From the NCBI RefSeq assembly GCF_001458695.1, contig NZ_LN885086.1, positions 1,980,001 through 2,012,000 on the forward strand: a stretch of DNA of 32,000 bases, in the 5' to 3' direction. Numbering within the stretch: the stretch's first letter is position 1; each line of letters begins with the position of its first letter. The notes below the pieces were generated by a model. The model was given only the letters and a program-made list of their open reading frames with translations, did not search any database and was not told the origin of the DNA. A program made the position numbers and the translations under genes. The stretch comes from Candidatus Nitrospira inopinata. GTDB lineage: Bacteria > Nitrospirota > Nitrospiria > Nitrospirales > Nitrospiraceae. This document shows, piece by piece, positions 29,276-32,000 of the stretch.

Positions 29276-29313
29276 TGCTACCAACGGGTTCTCATCACAT
29301 CTTGCGAGGTTGA

Positions 29314-31248
29314 ATGACGACGAAAAGAGAATCTGTAGCGATGACTCGGCCGACACCCGCCGTTTCTCAATCAGCTCCCGATCCTGCCGCGCGAAGGAAA
29401 CCCTCATCGAATCCGGTCGAACGTGTGACCGCCGTCGAGATGGGCGCGCGTCAGCGGGAAATTTCCGTCTCGGAATTCTTCACGAAGAACCGGCACCTGC
29501 TCGGCTTCGACAATCCGCGCAAGGCCCTGTTGACCTGTGTCAAGGAAGCGGTCGACAACGCGCTGGATGCCTGCGAAGAGGCCGGCATCCTGCCCGACGT
29601 GACGGTCCGGTTGGAGGTCGTGCCGACCGACGGTGTGACGCCGCCGACCGGTCAGGCCACGCGGTTTCGTGTGACGGTGACGGACAACGGGCCGGGCATC
29701 GTGCGCCAACAGATTCCCCGCATTTTCGCCAAGCTGTTGTACGGCTCCAAGTTCCATCGGTTGCGTATGAGTCGGGGGCAACAGGGCATCGGGATTTCCG
29801 CCGCCGGCATGTACGCGCAATTGACGACCGGGAAGCCGGTCCGGATCATCTCACGCACCGGCCCCCGCGCCGCCGCTCATTTTTTTGAAGTCCAAATCGA
29901 CACCAAGAAGAACGAGCCGCTGGTGCACGAAAGCAAACAGATCGAATGGGATCGGCCGCGGGGGACTCAGGTCGCGTTGGAGATCGAGGGCCGCTACCAA
30001 AAGGGCCGGGCGTCGGTGGACGAATGGTTGGAACAGACCTCCATCGCCAACCCCCACGCCAAGCTGACCTATTACACGCCCGAGGGAGAAATCAAGGAAT
30101 ACGTCAGGGCCTATCACGAACTGCCGCCGTCGCCGCGGGAGATCAAGCCGCATCCCTACGGCATCGAGTTCGGCATGTTCCTGAAGATGGTGCAGGACAC
30201 GAAGAGCCATACGGTGGCGGGATTTTTGGCGAGCGATTTTTGCCGGGTCTCGCCGCAGTCGGCCGAGCAGATGTGCAGGGCGGCCAAGGTCTCGCCGCAG
30301 ATGAAGCCACGGGACTTGAAAGGATCAGCCGCCGAAACATTGTATCGGACGATTCAGAACACGAAAATCATGGCTCCGCCGACCAATTGTCTGTCGCCGA
30401 TCGGCGAAAAGGCGATCCTCTCCGGTCTCTATAAACAAATCAAGGGCGAGTTTTACACGGCGGTGACCAGACCACCGGCCGTCTATCGCGGCAATCCGTT
30501 CGTCATTGAAGCGGGGCTCGCCTATGGCCAGCGACCGGAGGAACACAATAAGACGGTAAAACCGGCCGCCCCTAAAGCCGAGGGAGAGCAAGAAGAGGAT
30601 GACGTCGAGCTGGCGCGGGTGATCCGGTATGCGAATCGAGTGCCGCTCCTGTATCAGCAGTCGGCCTGCGCGACCTTCAAGGCCGTGCTCGGCTTGTCAT
30701 GGAAAAACTACGGCGTGGCCCAGTCGCGCGGCGCCTTACCGGCCGGCCCGATGGTGATCTTCGTGCACATGGCGTCGGTGTGGGTGCCGTTTACGAGCGA
30801 ATCGAAAGAAGCGATCGCCGACTACGACGAGATCCACAAGGAAATCACGCTGGCGTTGCGGGAATGCGGCCGGCGGCTGGGATTGTATTTGCGTCGGCGC
30901 GAGCGGGCCGCGAGCGAGTATCGAAGGAGGAACATTTTCGAATTGTACATCGAAGAAGTCGTCGAGGCGTGCAACCGCTTGAAGGGCGGGAAGGTGCCGA
31001 AAGAGAAACTCAAGAAACAGTTGCAGCACATCGCCCTGTCTCGCACCGGCGGGACCAAGACCGACGAGGTGCTGGGGAAAGCCGGAGGAGGGCCGGAGGG
31101 TCTGCCCCATTCCATCATCGTCACGGAGGGTGGCGTGGAAAACGAGACCACCGGCGCATCCGAGGCGGGTGAAACAGGCAGGGCCGATGGACCATCGCCA
31201 GGATCGGCCAACCGGGCGGCTCGCATCCGCCGTGGGGCGACAGCATGA
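29314..31248 (+). CDS. top6B: DNA topoisomerase VI subunit B (GHKL ATPase)
   Basis: GAGG lies 4 nt upstream of the ATG. Bergerat-fold motifs VKEAVDNALDACEE, VTDNGPGI, MSRGQQGIGISAA. A transducer-like region follows. Has an N-terminal ~45-aa Pro/Ala/Ser-rich extension and a C-terminal Gly/Arg-rich tail. Confidence 0.9.
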   Translation: MTTKRESVAMTRPTPAVSQSAPDPAARRKPSSNPVERVTAVEMGARQREISVSEFFTKNRHLLGFDNPRKALLTCVKEAVDNALDACEEAGILPDVTVRLEVVPTDGVTPPTGQATRFRVTVTDNGPGIVRQQIPRIFAKLLYGSKFHRLRMSRGQQGIGISAAGMYAQLTTGKPVRIISRTGPRAAAHFFEVQIDTKKNEPLVHESKQIEWDRPRGTQVALEIEGRYQKGRASVDEWLEQTSIANPHAKLTYYTPEGEIKEYVRAYHELPPSPREIKPHPYGIEFGMFLKMVQDTKSHTVAGFLASDFCRVSPQSAEQMCRAAKVSPQMKPRDLKGSAAETLYRTIQNTKIMAPPTNCLSPIGEKAILSGLYKQIKGEFYTAVTRPPAVYRGNPFVIEAGLAYGQRPEEHNKTVKPAAPKAEGEQEEDDVELARVIRYANRVPLLYQQSACATFKAVLGLSWKNYGVAQSRGALPAGPMVIFVHMASVWVPFTSESKEAIADYDEIHKEITLALRECGRRLGLYLRRRERAASEYRRRNIFELYIEEVVEACNRLKGGKVPKEKLKKQLQHIALSRTGGTKTDEVLGKAGGGPEGLPHSIIVTEGGVENETTGASEAGETGRADGPSPGSANRAARIRRGATA

Positions 31249-32000
31249 CGACCAAGACGAAGAAACCCAGCCCGGTCGAAAAGAAACTGGTCGGCCTGGC
31301 CGATCTCGTGATCCAAGCGGCCGAACGGTCCAAAGATCCGACATTGCAGATTCCGATCCGCGCCCTGTCCAACGTCTCGTTCAATGAGCGGAAGGGGATG
31401 ATCGAGATGGGCGAGAAAAAACAGGCTCGCTCGTTCTTCAACGTCGGGATGGCCAAGAAGTTCATGCAGACGATGCTGGTGGCGGACGCCCTGGCGGAGT
31501 TGCAGCGGGCCGAGCTTACCACCTCGCTCCGCGAGATCTATTATCGAACCAAGCACACGATCAGAGATTCCCACGAGAACACGTTCGACACGCAGGACGA
31601 GTCCGATCCGATCATCGAAGATTTGGAGGTTTCTCTCGCCGCGCTTCGGGAAGAGCTGCATGTCCGGGCGGAGAACGCCGGGAGCATCGTCGGGCCGGTC
31701 GTGTTCGGCGACGACGGCGATCGCGTCGACTGCTCGAAACTGGGCAAGGGCGGCTATTCCGTTCCTTCGATCGTGGAGCCGGAGTATCTGGAGATCCGTC
31801 GCTGCACGGCGGATTTCGTGCTGCTCGTCGAAAAGGGCACGCAGTGGAACCGGCTGTCCGAAGACAAGTTCTGGAGGCGGTACAATTGTATTCTGCTCAC
31901 CGGTAACGGCCAGCCGCCGCGTGGTGTGCGGCGGCTGGCGCGACGGCTGCACGAGGAACAGAGACTTCCGGTTTACGTGCTGGTCGATAACGATCCCTGG
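31245..32000 (+). CDS. top6A: DNA topoisomerase VI subunit A (Spo11-like), 3'-truncated by the window edge
   Basis: Not in the ORF track because no stop is reached. ATG 31245 overlaps the top6B stop (ATGA). My translation of 252 codons has no stop: MTTKTKKPSPVEKKLVGLADL...SLREIYYRTKH (catalytic Tyr context)...ADFVLLVEKGTQW (Toprim Glu)...VYVLVDNDPW (DxD). Confidence 0.88.
   Translation, partial: MTTKTKKPSPVEKKLVGLADLVIQAAERSKDPTLQIPIRALSNVSFNERKGMIEMGEKKQARSFFNVGMAKKFMQTMLVADALAELQRAELTTSLREIYYRTKHTIRDSHENTFDTQDESDPIIEDLEVSLAALREELHVRAENAGSIVGPVVFGDDGDRVDCSKLGKGGYSVPSIVEPEYLEIRRCTADFVLLVEKGTQWNRLSEDKFWRRYNCILLTGNGQPPRGVRRLARRLHEEQRLPVYVLVDNDPW

Overview
This 32-kb window comes from a diderm bacterium (Lnt, LolCD and an outer-membrane barrel are present). 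Most of it is housekeeping DNA. From left to right:

- **1-3921:** a visibly GC-richer block. It holds an SDH-type Clp-fold protease cut by the window edge, a secreted amidohydrolase and a small membrane ORF. It ends in a degenerate IS3-family element with no target-site duplication.
- **3922-4495:** an ORF-free spacer with a near-consensus promoter overlapped by a palindrome.
- **4496-10021:** an ACT-domain gene, rlpA, a CNNM/CorB-type transporter, ligA (minus strand) and a LysM lipoprotein gene.
- **10035-16863:** a complete trpEGDCFBA operon, starting 13 bp after the LysM gene.
- **16864-18971:** a small lower-GC islet with an MntA/HepT toxin-antitoxin pair and a PEP-CTERM-type secreted protein.
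- **18972-27121 (minus strand):** lnt, prfB (with the classic +1 frameshift, which the ORF track misses), lysS, lolC/E, lolD, an OM beta-barrel and a lipoprotein.
- **27245-28792:** a single-domain PilZ gene and a secreted Kelch propeller.
- **28899-29090:** an unannotated structured RNA that I read as 6S RNA, with its own promoter.
- **29314-32000:** top6B-top6A (type IIB topoisomerase). top6A runs off the right edge and is absent from the ORF track.

I saw no CRISPR array, tRNA or rRNA. I do not see an unambiguous new multi-gene defence-type system. The observations most worth follow-up are:

1. The barrel plus lipoprotein pair joined to lolCD, a candidate outer-membrane arm of lipoprotein trafficking.
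2. The bacterial Topo VI operon.
3. The 6S-like RNA.
4. The IS-bounded compositional junction and the structured spacer next to it.

All family assignments rest on motifs and recalled similarity. No searches were run.
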